From the human T2T-CHM13v2.0 reference genome, Homo sapiens, in NCBI RefSeq assembly GCF_009914755.1, contig NC_060927.1: a stretch of DNA of 64,000 nt; one strand, given 5' to 3'. Of the stretch, positions 15,653 to 30,391 are shown in pieces. The position numbers and the translations under genes were made by a program. Numbering within the stretch: position 1 is the first letter of the stretch; every line of letters starts with the position of its first letter. Under the pieces are notes generated by a model. That model did no database searches, was not told the origin of the DNA, and saw only the letters and a list, made by a program, of their open reading frames with translations.

Positions 15653-15860
15653 GTGTCCTCAGGATTTGCTACTATACCATAAAATCTGATTTTAAATTTC
15701 AGTTAATTTTTATTTAAATTTTTTTGTTATTACTGTTGTAGATTATTATTATTTTTGCTATTAAAGAATTTGGTTCATTATAACTATGAATTTATTTACC
15801 TTTTGATCTGTGTTACTCCCAAAATCTCAAAAATGATTAAATATGATTAAAGATTATTTA

Positions 15861-16188
<328 letters not shown>

Positions 16189-16223
16189 GGTAAAAGAAAT
16201 TGTAATCACATACATTCTTATCA

Positions 16224-16462
<239 letters not shown>

Positions 16463-16467
16463 TTATG

Positions 16468-16760
16468 GCTGGGCACAGTGGCTCACGCCTGTACTCCCAG
16501 CACTTTGGGAAGCCGAGGTGAATGGATCACGTGAGGCCAGGAGTTCGAGGCCAGCCTGGGCAACATGGCAAAACCCCATCTCTACTTAAAAAAAATATAT
16601 AAAAATTAGCTGAGCCTGATGGTGCAGGCCTGTAGTCCCAGCTACTCGGGAGGCTGAGGCATGAGAATCACTGGAACTCAGGAAGTGGATGCCACTACAC
16701 TCCAGCCTGAGCATCAGAGTGAGATTCTGTCTCCAATAAATAATAAATAAATAAATAAAT
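16468..16760 (+). mobile_element. Alu (S/J) with small right-arm deletion and (AATA)n tail
   Basis: Dimer structure; aatacttt present on both flanks. Confidence 0.9.
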
Positions 16761-17033
16761 ACTTTCACATGATTTTATTTTTCCTACTTGCTATTGATTG
16801 TAGAATTTATCTTCCCAATTCTCTGGGCAAAACTTTTTTGGTGGACTTTAGCAAAGTATGGAGGTTAAGGGATGGAGAAAATACTTAAATCAGGCTATTT
16901 TGCTAAACAATAGTCAGCATTGGATAAAATACGGGTCAAATTTTATCTTTCCCATGTAGGGAGAGGGAAAGAAAAGATCTTCTGGCTAGTTCCTTAAAAA
17001 GCTTATACATATCAGGCTCTCTCTGTGTCCCTA

Positions 17034-17249
<216 letters not shown>

Positions 17250-18374
17250 TTAAAATTCCAATAAATTCCTCATCTTGTTATGCTCACAAATCATCTGATG
17301 AACTATGCTGAATGACATTATTATCCCTTTTATTCTACACACAGGCAACTGTAATATAAGGTTCTGGGATGTGCCTCCATTTACATAGCCATAACTGTAC
17401 ACGGGAAGAGTTATGCATCAGACCTAAAATCTCGTATCATTTGCAATGTTCTACTCTGCCTTTAGTCATAATGGTTAAAAATCAAACATGGAATATGAAC
17501 ATATTTTTGAGTCTTTTAGTGGTTTAAAAAAATACCCTAGTTCAGATAGTTGGCACTTCTTCATTTTGACCCATTAAAAAATTGTGACTCCTTACAACTT
17601 CATTAAAAAATGAAACAAGCCTCTTTACTCAGACAATAGATTCTTCAAATTAAATGTACTGGCGTATTTTTCTCCAAAACCATGTTTCATACTTAATGAG
17701 TTTGGGGCTCTGTGACATTTTACACAGATCCTCATCAATGTTTCAGAGCATAGTTCTGTAAGCTTGTCAACATTTTCTGATGGTGACAATGTAAAATGTC
17801 ATAAATCCCAACATAAGCAAAGGAAAGCTGATGAATTAAATCTGATAAAACAGAGATGTCCACTAAAAAGAATATTAGTGTTCATTTTGTTATTTTTTGG
17901 CAGAAGATGCTATTCCTCTTTTACTGTGCATTGGGAATGCCAAGTACATCAGCGATTATTAATGGGAGCCTTGGACCAACAGAGCCAGGGACTCAAACTG
18001 GAGTTGAAGAGTGGGATTCTTCATTTCCTTTTCCAGCACCGACTTCATACTTACCTCCATTCAGCAAAAGAGGTGACGTCCCATTCACAATAAACAGACT
18101 GGCATTACAGACTCTGCAAAGATTTTCTTGGTGGTTTTATTTTCTATGTTAAAATGCAATAATTATGTTTCTTATTTACCTGGGAAGCAAGAAATCTGAT
18201 ATTTCACCTTCCATGGTTCTTATTCTAGCACATAGTCTACTGAGTAAAATTTAGTATGCAAATGATGGTTGAGAAGTAATCCATTCTAAACAAAGGCTAT
18301 GGACTTGTGATTCATTTTTGTATGCATATGTGGGTACATATAGTTATATAATAAAAATAAATATTTACCCTTTG

Positions 18375-18615
18375 CTTATAATGTGTGAGGCATTGTTCCG
18401 TTTGTTTGTTTGTTTGTTTGTTTGTTTTTAAACAGGGATGAACTCATGTGGTCATCACGACAATTTTACAAGGGAGGTACTGTTATCCAGATTTTAAAGA
18501 TGAGGAAATGGGACGTCTAAGAGAGGTTAAGAAGTTTGTGCATGGTTACTTAAAGTGAGTGAGTGGCAGAGCTGAAATTCATACCCTAGCAGGCTGGCCC
18601 TAGACTTTACACTCT
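18375..18615 (-). mobile_element. MIR with internal (GTTT)n
   Basis: MIR core in reverse: attttaaagatgaggaaatg...gagaggttaag...gtggcagagctgaaattc. Confidence 0.7.
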
Positions 18616-20425
18616 AAGATTTTATAAACACATACACTGGAGAGTACTAAAAGTTCCTAAAGCTCTGGAATATTCTTAATGAAAGGAAGAGTGGAGAAAA
18701 TATCGGAAGTGTAAGCTGTTAAAACTGAGCCATCTTACTATTAAAATTGTTGATAAATCGTGATTTGAAGAGTAACGTTTCCAAACTGTTGAAATTTTAA
18801 ACATTTAAATGCAAATTATAACACAGATATCTGGAGCCTTGAAATAGATATTAGTTATAGGAATTCTGCATCTAGTAATCTTTTGCTTTCTTATTTTATT
18901 TTTCTTTGAACTTAAACTATGAATGTTATCACTGTAGAAGTTATTAAAAATAAAACTCCATATGTGACACAGCAGAGATGTTATAGGACGTCTGAAATAT
19001 GGGCCAAGAGGAGATTTTCCACAGACTGACTTACATGTTTCAAAAGAAATAGACAATATTTTTATGCTGCTCTGATTCCCTCTGAAAAACACTTTCATAG
19101 TGAATGCTTTGATATCATCATAGGCTGAGAGACCTTTTCATATATATGAGTGATTTCCAACAGGAAGCTGACTTATCGATTTACATCCTAGTTTTCTGTT
19201 TAGACTTGAATTTGGAATGCTAGTTATTTAAGGCAGAAGGTGAGCCATGATTACTGGCCTATAATGAACCTTAAAATGCCATGTGTAGATCTGAGATGAC
19301 TTTGAGGAAGTCAAGGTCATATGTACCTACTCTAATAAGGGTTCTAAGGTCTTTTTTTAAACAATTTCCCAGGCTACCCTTATATATTCGAGCTTAAGAT
19401 ATGAAGCAGAAAAAATACACATGGTGGTTATAGGGATTAACATGTTTCTTAAATATTATCATGTAATATTATCATATAATATAATAAGTGGATAGATTTG
19501 CGTCATGAAGAAAAAAGAGGGCAAATGCACTTTAGTAATTATATGGCAATTACCTTCAATTCCTACTCTTCTCTTGCTATTCCAATCACTCACCCCAAGA
19601 AAGCCTATTTGAACTGCTAAATCACAAAATAAAACACTACAGAGTCCAGGAGCTGCGGAAATGGTGAAGGAGGCTGGCAGGAAGCCTTGTCAGGCTATAG
19701 GCTGTCTCCCCTTCCCACTGGCAGATTGAATGAGCTATAAAGCCAAGGGCTAGATCTCAGAATTGCCAATATTTTAAAGAGAAGCAAAGGCTTGAGCTCT
19801 ATTTCCTCACCTCCCACCAACAGGGAATGTGGTATTGGCATTCTCTACCAGGTTAGCCAGACTTTCCCATCCCACCCTTCTCAGGTTTTCTCTGCTTTCT
19901 TGCTTTATGCTGTGGTTTGGATTAAGTATGTTTTTTGGACACATTGCCTGGAATGTTTGAGGAAAGGAAAACAAATGAGTAGCAACGGCTACTTAATATT
20001 TCCATGATCATTTCCCTGGATTTTCTCACAAATTCTTTGCCCTTTTTAAGTTGGGAAGCGGTCTCTTTGCTTACCACACTCTTCATTCTCTCTTTTCCAG
20101 GAATAGCCACATTTGCAATGTTCACAATGATAACAGAGCTCTAGATAACCTTCTCCTTTTATCAGAGGAAAAAATACAGCCTCCACAATTTCTCTGAAGT
20201 TACAAAGGACTGAACTCAGGCCTTCTGACATTCATTTATTCAATGGCTCATTCATTTTTTTTTTACTTATAGGTGACATCTATCAAAAATTAATCATTCA
20301 TGTGATTTATCACATTTATTTATGTAATTTATTGCATTATTAAAAACCCATTTATCGATAAATAAACCACGTAATCTGCATCCTCCAGGAACTCACACTC
20401 TCTTGTCAGAGGCAATCATATCCAC

Positions 20426-20649
20426 CAGGAGTTGCCAAACGTTTTTGGTAAAGGACCAGATAGTAACATTTTAAGGCTTCCCAAGCCATAGAGCTTATTT
20501 GATAACTACTCAACTCTGCCAATGTGGCTCAAACACAGTCATAGAAAATATGTAAACAAATGAGCCTAGCTGTATTCTTATAAAACTTTATTTACAAAAA
20601 CAGGTGGCAGGCTGGATTTGGCCCAAGAGCCATAATTCACTGACCTCTG
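20426..20649 (+). mobile_element. MER58A (hAT-Charlie)
   Basis: cagg..gccaaac / tgacctctg termini; ataaaactttatttacaaaaacagg core. Confidence 0.85.
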
Positions 20650-21499
20650 ACATAAACAAAAGATAACCGCATCACCTTATGTTACGCACTTCATTGAGGT
20701 AATTCCACATTAGAGAGTTAATGGAGGGCATAGTAGGTGGAATTCAGTAAACTGAGAAGGGTCGCTGGGTGGGGAGACAGTCCAGACCTATGTAATACAT
20801 GCACAGTGTAGTAAGGACACATAAGAGAATGCAATCTTGGCAAATGGCAGGTGGGGTGACACAGTGGATTGTAGGGTCTGGCACATTTTGAGGTGTGAAG
20901 TAAGTCTGCAGAGACCTAGAGCTGTGGACTTTGCATATTATGCCGAGTTTGGATCTGATATTCTAAACATGATAGGTCCTATTGATAATGGGATTTTCTG
21001 GAGCTCAGAAACATGATCAATATGCATTTCAAAAGATCGTTCTGTCTCCAGTGAGCAAAGGGAATTAGCAGGAAATAATGCTAATGAAGGTATTATAGAT
21101 AAAGGTAGGACTCCTGAGAGCTTTTGTCATAGATTAGGCAAAGGAGAAGTAGGGCTTGAAATGAAACAATATGAGAGTGAAAGGAGTAAGAGACAGCATC
21201 AACAAAATGCAGTAATGGATACAGGAGGTCCAAGAGGATGGCTGGAAGGTTTTGGCTTTGGTGTCATTAACTATGTGAGGTAGGAGGTCCAGTGAGGACT
21301 CAGAAAGTCTGAAACACATGAGGGAAACCAGTGCTTAAGGGGCAGACACAAGAGAAGTCAGTGTAGGAGTTTGGTTCATTATTCCCTCTCTGATCTCACT
21401 AGATCACTAAACATAGACACAGACACACATACACACACAATGACACACACATCCGTAAGTGGCTAGGAATGAGGCCCCTTCGTAAAGCATCCTTATTGT

Positions 21500-21720
21500 C
21501 CTCATCCTATTTTATTTTTTCCGTAGCATTTATCAACTGCTGATATTGTACAGCTGACTTTTTAAAAAAATGTTTATTATTCATCTCGCATTTCCGCCAC
21601 TATAATGTAAGGTCTGGAAGGGCAGGAATTTTTATACACTTTGCTTACTGATGCTTCCCAAGTAAGTAAACTAGCACCTGTCACATAGTAAGTGTTCAAT
21701 ATATTGCATGAATAAATAAT
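21500..21720 (+). mobile_element. L2 3' end relic
   Basis: aatgtaagg...gaagggcagga...cacatagtaagtgttcaata. Confidence 0.6.
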
Positions 21721-23440
21721 TCTAAAATTTTGTATATAACTGACATTTTGAGCATTGACTCTGAAATCTTTATTGAACTGTTGCCTCCGTAACATCCCAA
21801 CATCGTTTAGCATTTCATTTAGGAAAATGATCATTTCTACTTACTATTTGAAATAAATCAGTTTCACTGACAGGGATTTTATTTTTAACTTTAAAAAGCT
21901 ATGTTTGTTTTGTGATATAGTGAGCTTTCCAAATAGCTCAGGAACTTTGTAATTTTTCCATCCTGCCGTGGCAACTAGCATCTGCTACCTATGCATTCCT
22001 GCCATTGTTTCCCATGTGCCAGTTTGCTCTATCCAGGTTGTAAATTCTTTTAGAGTAGGAACCAAGCTTATTTTTCTGTATGTGTGTGTGATACTTGTGT
22101 ACACACACCCACGCACAGAGGCTAGTGAAGAACATATCAAAGACACTCAAGAAGCACTTTCACATGCTTTGATTAGTGAGGAGGTTGAAATATACACATG
22201 TAATGAAGTGGTTATAAAATCAGGTATTCCAGATTCACCCACGAGAAAATGTTCTTATGCCAGAGGCTCTTTCATGAATGTCTGGGCTGTGATTTAGATG
22301 GAATTCCCCTGGATGCACAAACATGCCCTGGTTTAATTCCTGAATCAAGTGGATTTATTCCTTATGAAAACCTCCCTAGCTTTGGGTCTGTCACTGGCTG
22401 GCTTTGTTTCACAGGTATGAAAACAGGAAGTTAGCAATACCCAGGAAAGAAAAGATTAGTACTTGTTGCCAAATTTGTACAGCATTGGCTAAAGGTGGTC
22501 AACCTTCTTTTTTTTTAAACCACTCTTTGTTATATACTAAATTCAGTAATTTTCTTATCCGGTGGTATGTTCCTTGAATTTAGGAATAATATCTTACTCA
22601 TTGTTATCTTTCTAGTAGCAGTCATGTTATACAGCTGTACAAAGAAGGGAATTTAGTAAGTTCACTGAATTTGAATTATAAGATGGTTTTGGTTGGAAGA
22701 TTTTTTTTTTTTTACACTGTAAGCTAGATGTTACTGTTTTGGAGAAAAAAAAAAACATCTTATTGTGAAAAATTCTGAAGCTTGGCTCATCACATAACTT
22801 ATACCTTATTTCAGCCCCTTTAAGCTGGTTGTCACATCAATTTGTGATTTCTCTGTGAATATATTAAAGTTCACTGAATAATAATTACTTTAAAAATCAT
22901 AAATATGAGATTCATTTCAATTAGAGGAGGGAAAACATTCTTTGTTAACAAGTTACCCAGATTTCCTCTTTTATTTCAACACATTTTCCTGCAAATGGGG
23001 AAGTGAACTATGTTGAATTCATAACAAGAATAAACAAACATAACCTACAACTTATGAGCAATTGCTGTGTTCGGCAGGTTTTTCAAATGAACTCTTTTTC
23101 TTGGATAGTATTAGTTAACTAGCTGTATTTGTTAATCTTCATAAATGCCACCGCTTAGTCACTTTAACTCCTTTTAATCATTTGCTAAATCAGCAAGTCT
23201 CTTTCTCAGTTAAAGTCCTCCCTCTAGTGGTCACTGACTAAGATGCAACTACTCCAATCAACTACATTTGTGTGTAAACAGCTTGTTTCAACAGCATAGC
23301 TGAATGGAGTCTTCGTCAAGGAACTAAATAAATTCCACCTTTAAGTTAGACTTTTTAAGCAGAGAAAGTGGTGTCATTGAGGAAGATGAAGAAATATTTG
23401 GAATTCCCTGTAGGATCTACAAAACAAGCAAGATAATTAC

Positions 23441-23483
23441 CTCCCTCCACTGCTGACAGCTTCGCCTCCTCTCTGGTAAGTTA
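23441..23483 (-). CDS. ROBO1: ROBO1 43-nt exon (VTYQRGGEAVSSGG)
   Basis: tctag|TA ... GGAG|gtaatt; phase 1 to 2. Confidence 0.95.
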
Positions 23484-24922
23484 CTAGAATGTTACGAAAA
23501 AAAAAAGGAACAATTAATAGACATATTTATATATCAAAAGCTATTACATTCATGAGCTTCTTTCTAAAATGGAATTCCTTCTGTCTTCCTAGACAGAAGC
23601 ATTGCAAAAATCACATGACGTAACAGATTGATTCAACTAGTGACATTTCTTTAAATATTGTATAGAATTAGATATACATATCATATATCTAATTATATAT
23701 ATAATTAGATATCTATATATCACTCTTATTTTCTTCAAATTCCAATAAGGTGGAGAATCAAGAAAAAGCAAAACATCAGTACACTTATTAAATATAACTG
23801 TTACACATCTGTACATTAGCATTCCGATGGATTTCCATTTTGAATTTATTATTGGAGCACATAATTTCATAATTTTATATAGGTGTAAACTTAAACTCAG
23901 GAAAAAAAAAAAACTACTAGATTATTTTCCCGGAAGTATGAGTACCAGTAAGTCAAAGAGAAATGTTAAAATAAACCTTTCTACACACAAAGATGTATGC
24001 CAAGTTGTGACTATTAATTCATGTGACCTATTTTTTATTGTGGCTTCTGCAAATTATTTCTCATTATATTTTCATCAGACATGTATAGATAATCAAAATA
24101 TATTATAATGCTCTTGAAAGCATCCTCAGCTTAATAAATTTGGGATGGAAAAATTTAACCATAACAAAAAAAAGATTTTCACATAGTTAGGCTAAATGGT
24201 TAAGAAGATTAGCTTTTCTGTAAATACAGACACATTTTCTAAGAAGAAATGTGTTTTTAAAGCTGCCAAGTTCTGCTACTTAGAAAAACTCCAAACTGGA
24301 AGTCTGTTATAGAGAGATAACTGCTCCCAGTGATGACAATAACTGGATTAAAACTGAGAGGGCACAACTACACGTACATCTTTTCCTGGAGGTGATATGA
24401 CAGAAGAGGACCCATTTTGAAAGAAATTGGATAGAACGGAATATTAGGATTCTGACTTAGGGAAAACGAAAAGTTCTATCTTTCACATGTGCTGGATATT
24501 GTGGTTACCTTTAACAATATTGATTCTGGGGACAGAGAATTATAAGGGAGAGAAATTTTTGTTGGAAAACTTGAAAGCTTAAGTTGAAAAATGCACTGTC
24601 AAGTCTGAAGTAGTCAATAAGATCATTAGCATGTTAAATCATGCTGAAGGTAGAGACAGTGTGTCTACTTAATGAAACACATGCAAACAAGGCCAAGATC
24701 CAGTGTGGAATTGTGAATAAATAATTGCATCGAATGGATGAAAAGCAACACCAACCATTTCTACCTTAAACACATGCCTGGTGTGAGTAAATCAAGTATT
24801 ACATTCCACTTTAAGTTCTTTCCCCCAACTTACTGCAGAAAATGAAATAAAAACAGAAACACAATAGTGGAACACATGCCAAACTAACAATGGAAAGGAG
24901 GAGGGTAAGTGCAAATATATAC

Positions 24923-24949
24923 CTGTTGGTGTGAAGGTAAAAGACGGGA
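24923..24949 (-). CDS. ROBO1: ROBO1 27-nt cassette microexon (VPSFTFTPT)
   Basis: ttttcag|TCCCGTCTTTTACCTTCACACCAACAG|gtatat; symmetric phase 1; peptide present in the recalled long isoform. Confidence 0.93.
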
Positions 24950-27900
24950 CTGAAAAATCAAAACAAAATATAAACCAGTTATTAAGCTGAAGAGAGAAAG
25001 GGAACATATCACATTAGTATAAATCAAGCAGACAGCTGAACATAAAACAAATGTAAATAACTAAGCCAGTAGTTCTGACAATCTGATCTATGAATAAAAC
25101 CAATTCTGAGGTTAAAAAAAGAAGCTTGTCTCTACAGGTACCATTTTGAAGTGTCTGACATTCTAGTACACTCAGGAAGGGAATTATGCTAGGTTAGCCT
25201 GTGAATGACCCTGCATTTAGTAACACAGATTTAGCTCGTGGCTTTCGTACAAACAAGAATCCTCCACTATTAATCATCTCCAAACACAGGATGATGGATT
25301 CTTAAATAAGTATTATCAGAGTCTTGCTGGAACCTTATCTAGAAATCTGAAAGTAAATGCTTATTAAAGTGAACTACTAGGTGCACTTATGTACTTAACA
25401 TTGAGAGAAAAAAAAGAGAGAAAGAAGGAAAAGAAGGAAAGGCAAGGAAAGGGGAAGAAGAAACAACAAACAAACAAACACAACACAAGTAAAGGAAAGG
25501 AAAGAAAAAGATGAACTGAATAAAAGAGAACCATAAAATTTAACTATTTCACTGAGTGGAAATGCCTGACATCTTATCACATAACTGACATTTTTTATCA
25601 TCATAAAAACTTGTGAATGGACAGAAAAAACTGGAGTTTTAAATTTTAATTTCTTTGAGTTTACTTTTAGAAGCTTCCTAGAAGTAGGCTGGACATTCTT
25701 TTAATACCACAGTAGAAGCTAAACAATAGAACAATAACACCCTTCTGAAAACCTTCACTCTCTCTGCAGTTATAAATCTTAATCTAATCAATAATGCCTG
25801 AAATTGAACCGCAGACCTCAAAAGTAGCAGCCATTCCTCCCCCACTTTTCCTATCTTCTCCCATTCCTGGGGGGTTGGATAACGGCAGAGCAATTTCCAT
25901 GTCATTTCATAGAGGGAGGAGATTGACTTATTTCCAATCTCTTCATGTTAAATTAAAGTAAACGCTGCTCTGGTTAAAAAAAAAAAAAAGCAAGGAAATA
26001 TATGTTATTCCCTCTAAGATTAAAGTTTCTTTAAAATAATCTTTAGTAGAAACAAACTAGAATATTGATTACTTATCATGTATCAAAACACTGCCAGAAT
26101 TATATTTTCTATTTCACATTTGAACATCTCCAAGAAATTTACTGTAGAATCGGAGCATTTGGGGTTTGCAAACCGAAACGCTATAGCGTCCTCTACAATT
26201 GTCACTTCTTACCAAGCCACTTTATCTCTGAGTATACTAGAAAGAAGAAAAGCAAAAACCTCAGTGCTGTGTCCCCAATTTATACCCTGGCCTTCGTGTG
26301 CAGCACAGCAGTCCCTGTCTTAAGAATCCTATTGTGTTTTTTTTCAGTCAGGTCTTTTCAGAGAGTCAATGTAATTTAGCTACATTCAAAAATTCAGAGC
26401 CATAGTAACAAGTCTTCATAAAAAAAAAAAAAAATGAAAGGTGCATTTGAAACTAAAGCTATTCAAGCAAGAATGGAGTGCCTGAACATTAATTTGCAAT
26501 CACAAGGACACCGGGAAAATATGAAAGGTCCCTGTCATTACTTCTCCTAGCTAACTGCTAACCCCACTTTGAGGAACTGAAGAAGAGATGAAAAGGAGGT
26601 CAATCTAAATGAAATTTTCACTGCTAGCACACGAAATAACAACTTAATTTTCAAAGCTTCCAATAATATAATAAACTCTCTGTGTCCCTAAGTGATGCGG
26701 GTGCAATATGTGAATGCATGTGGACAGGGGGTACCCAGCGAACTGGCAGATGTCACACCGATAGCTAAATGTAAGGGGGAAATGTTAAATATGCTCACTG
26801 TTCCCCTGAAGTTACACTCTGGCTTGATGTTTTATAGGTCAGTAGGCTCTTTTACATTTTTTATTCTTTAAAATATTTCACTTTCTTTTTTTCTTAAAAT
26901 TACTGGCATTGACTTTGGTATAGAAAATTTAAGATCTCAAAATGCACTTAAAAATTGCCTAGAAACAAAATTATGAAAATGTGCCAACAGGACAAAGTGA
27001 AGAAAGCAGAATCAAATGCTCATCAAATTACATTTGTAATTATGTTCTATGATTTCTGCTTAAACACAAGCTAAGTTGAAAGGGCAATGGTATTAGTTTA
27101 ATAGGTTTTGCACAAAGAGCACATAGGCATTTGTTGGCATGCTCAAAGTACGTTAGTAAAGAAAAAGAAACATTTCAGTAGGAAGGAGAGTTGCATGTCA
27201 CATTTTTAGAGTTCAAGACAATGTAGACCATTAAATTATTATAATCACGTAGCTATGGCACTTCATAAGAAACACAGGATTCCACTGACTGGCTATTTGC
27301 AAAACAGAGTTCATGATGGAGGTCTTTTGATGAAGAATTCAAGAGACTCCACATCTATATGTTAATTAGTCACTCTTTTCCTCATTCAAATCCAAACATC
27401 TTCTACCCCAAACACCCTACCCCTTCCCCACTCCACCACACAAAGACACCCAAAACCCCTTGTCTACAATTATTTTCAGTCAAAGGTTTTATATGGTAGC
27501 ATGTGCCTGACATTCTTCTACTTTGTATACATAATGAGCACCAGTTCTCTTTTCAGTAACCTCCAAGCCCTCATTTTCCATTTCACAGGCGGGAATATTG
27601 ACATACTGCTTCATCCCTAGAGAGGACACATATCTGAAAAAAACATATTTAAGGATGATAATGCTAAAGCAAATGCATGTACATGAAGAGATTGCTGCTG
27701 AGCCACAGGCAGGCGGCAAGGAGATTTATTTTTATAGTATTAGTGATGCATTTGTGTTGACTCTTGCTAAGTCCCCTTGTGACGGACAACACAAATATTT
27801 TAGACTGCTGTCCCATACTGTTTTGGTCTATGCATAGGGACATTCAAGTTCTAGCTAACATGAAAAATTCTGACTTTGTCATATAATTGGTCAGAGAAAC

Positions 27901-28996
27901 AATCTGGCCAACACATGTAAGAAATGTTCACTTATGTAGAAAATTCGTGGGAAAAAGTTGGTGATGGTAGGGTAGGAGACTTTTTTAAATTGGAAATCCT
28001 CTTTAAATTTGCTTTGCAGCAAAGCAAAGCTGTTGCATTCGACTGAAGGATGGGCCCTATAATTTGTATAATCTGCCATTTAAGTCAGTACAATTTTGAG
28101 AGCAAGAAGGGGTACTAGAATTGATCTTGTTGGACTAATGACATAAACTGGGGTGTCTCTGAAAACTGGGACTTACAACCATCTAACCTAATCTACAGCC
28201 CAGATCTGAGGCCCAGAATTGATGAAGGTATCTAAGGGGCATGGAGGATCATCTGTCTGACACTGTTAACAATTTCCTTTGAGAATAAAAAACACAAAAA
28301 TATCAGCAGTCTTCAGAGTTTAAGGATAAGTAGCAAAAGTATGTGAAAATCTTGGCATATTTGGGTCATCTTTAAAATTGTAAATAATAATAGTGGCCAT
28401 GTAAGCTGTCTTTTTTAAAACTGTAAACACATTCGTAACAAAATCACCATCACTAAGTAACAGCATACACATATTCCATTTTGCAACTTTATAATAATAA
28501 AAAGGGACTAACCCTCTTCTCTCTGTAAGCAACAGTACATCACTCAGTCATGCCTTCCATATTCACCAAGAAAGGAGTATTTTATAAATAATCAAACGGC
28601 AGTATTTTCTATTTTGCTTCACAAAGGGTAACAATGTCTCCCCTGAAACCATGTGAGACTGTTCAAAGGTTGCGTTTATAATTCCAATAACAAGAACATT
28701 AAAAATTTCCTTCAAGAATATAAAGCAATAAAATAATTCCCTAAGAGAAAAGGGAAAAGGTATAACAGCCAAAGGTAGACCTACCTTGGTGAAATCTATT
28801 TTAAAGGAACTGAGCCCTAAGAAACTAATAAACTCTATTTGTAGTTCTGCTATGTAAGAGAAGTTAATATGTGGATACCGCAGCACAATAAACGCACTTT
28901 TGAAAATCTTTATATATTAAAAAAAGTTTTAGAGGATATGCATAATCATGAATAATTTGGAATCAAATATTAAAATCAAGAGTTTTATAAACATTA

Positions 28997-29242
<246 letters not shown>

Positions 29243-30391
29243 TTAATTTGGGTTGAAGACTCAATGCAATAATGCACGCACTCATTTGTGGCTGCCATTA
29301 CTTTGTTAATTTCTGGATAATGATTTCTGTTTTTCCTCTCACACCACTCACCATCATCAAGTAAAATAGTTCATACTGTTTTCAGCAAAATTGGACAATT
29401 TTATTTATTTCTTTCAACTCAAAGCAAGTGTGACAATTGTATAGAATCATGCTTAAAAACAAAAGCAATGGCACACTGCTTCTCTTTTCGAACCAAAGAG
29501 GTTTGCAGGTTACTTCTTAGATTAAGTCTCACAGGACAGTGCTAACTGAGAAAAATACAAAAACATAACACTAAAGAATGAAGTACTTTAATACACATAC
29601 AAATAATACATGTACACATAAGGAATATTTAATAAGTATTCACGGACAATAAACTTTCTCAGACTTCTACAGGCATGCTTAAATAGTATGTTCTAAAAAA
29701 AAAGAAATAAAATTTTATTTCTTCTCTAAGCTAGATATGGAAAAGTCTCTATGTGTGTGCATGTGTGTGTGTACCCCGACACTAACATTATATTGTAAGA
29801 CATTTCATTGTCTTAGAAACACATTACTTAATGTAAGCTCAGAAAGACCTACACAATTCAGGATCAGTAAAACCCAATGAAATATTCAGATAATGTTACC
29901 ATTGAAAGAGCCATGAATAATCTCTGCATTAAAATAATAATCATGGCGAGCAACAGATAAAATAATGTTAAATATGTAAAAGAATTATAATATCAAGGGT
30001 TATGAATAGTCAAAAGGGCTCATGTTTTCTGCTGGCCATTTTGATTCATTATTTAAAAATTGATGAATATATGGGTAATAAAATTAACTTAGTTTACATT
30101 TATGTTTTAAGTCTACTGAGTTTTTTTCAAGCCCACCATAACACCCAGTCACACAAGGGGCCTGCAAAGTTGCTGTAGAGAACTGGAGGCTGTATCATCA
30201 AAGCAATATCCAATTCTGTTGGCATTGAGTGATATCAACCCTGAGGGTGCCCACTGTGCAGAATTCCCACCTCTGTCTGCAATTTTGATGTTCTTCCCCC
30301 ACCACATCTGGTGAAACAAGAAGGTGTTGGCCCATTTCATTAGGATTGGTGCTTTCTTACAATTATTAAATCATTTGAGTCTGATACATAT

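Noticed and set aside
15383-15689. Y/I/H/T/C/V-rich ORFs on both strands (also 59314-59885)
   Set aside because: Translation artefacts of TA/TG/CA microsatellites.
25403-25520. Purine-rich tract (pyrimidine-rich on the transcript) upstream of the microexon
   Set aside because: Low-complexity, more than 450 nt from the acceptor, with no specific evidence of function.
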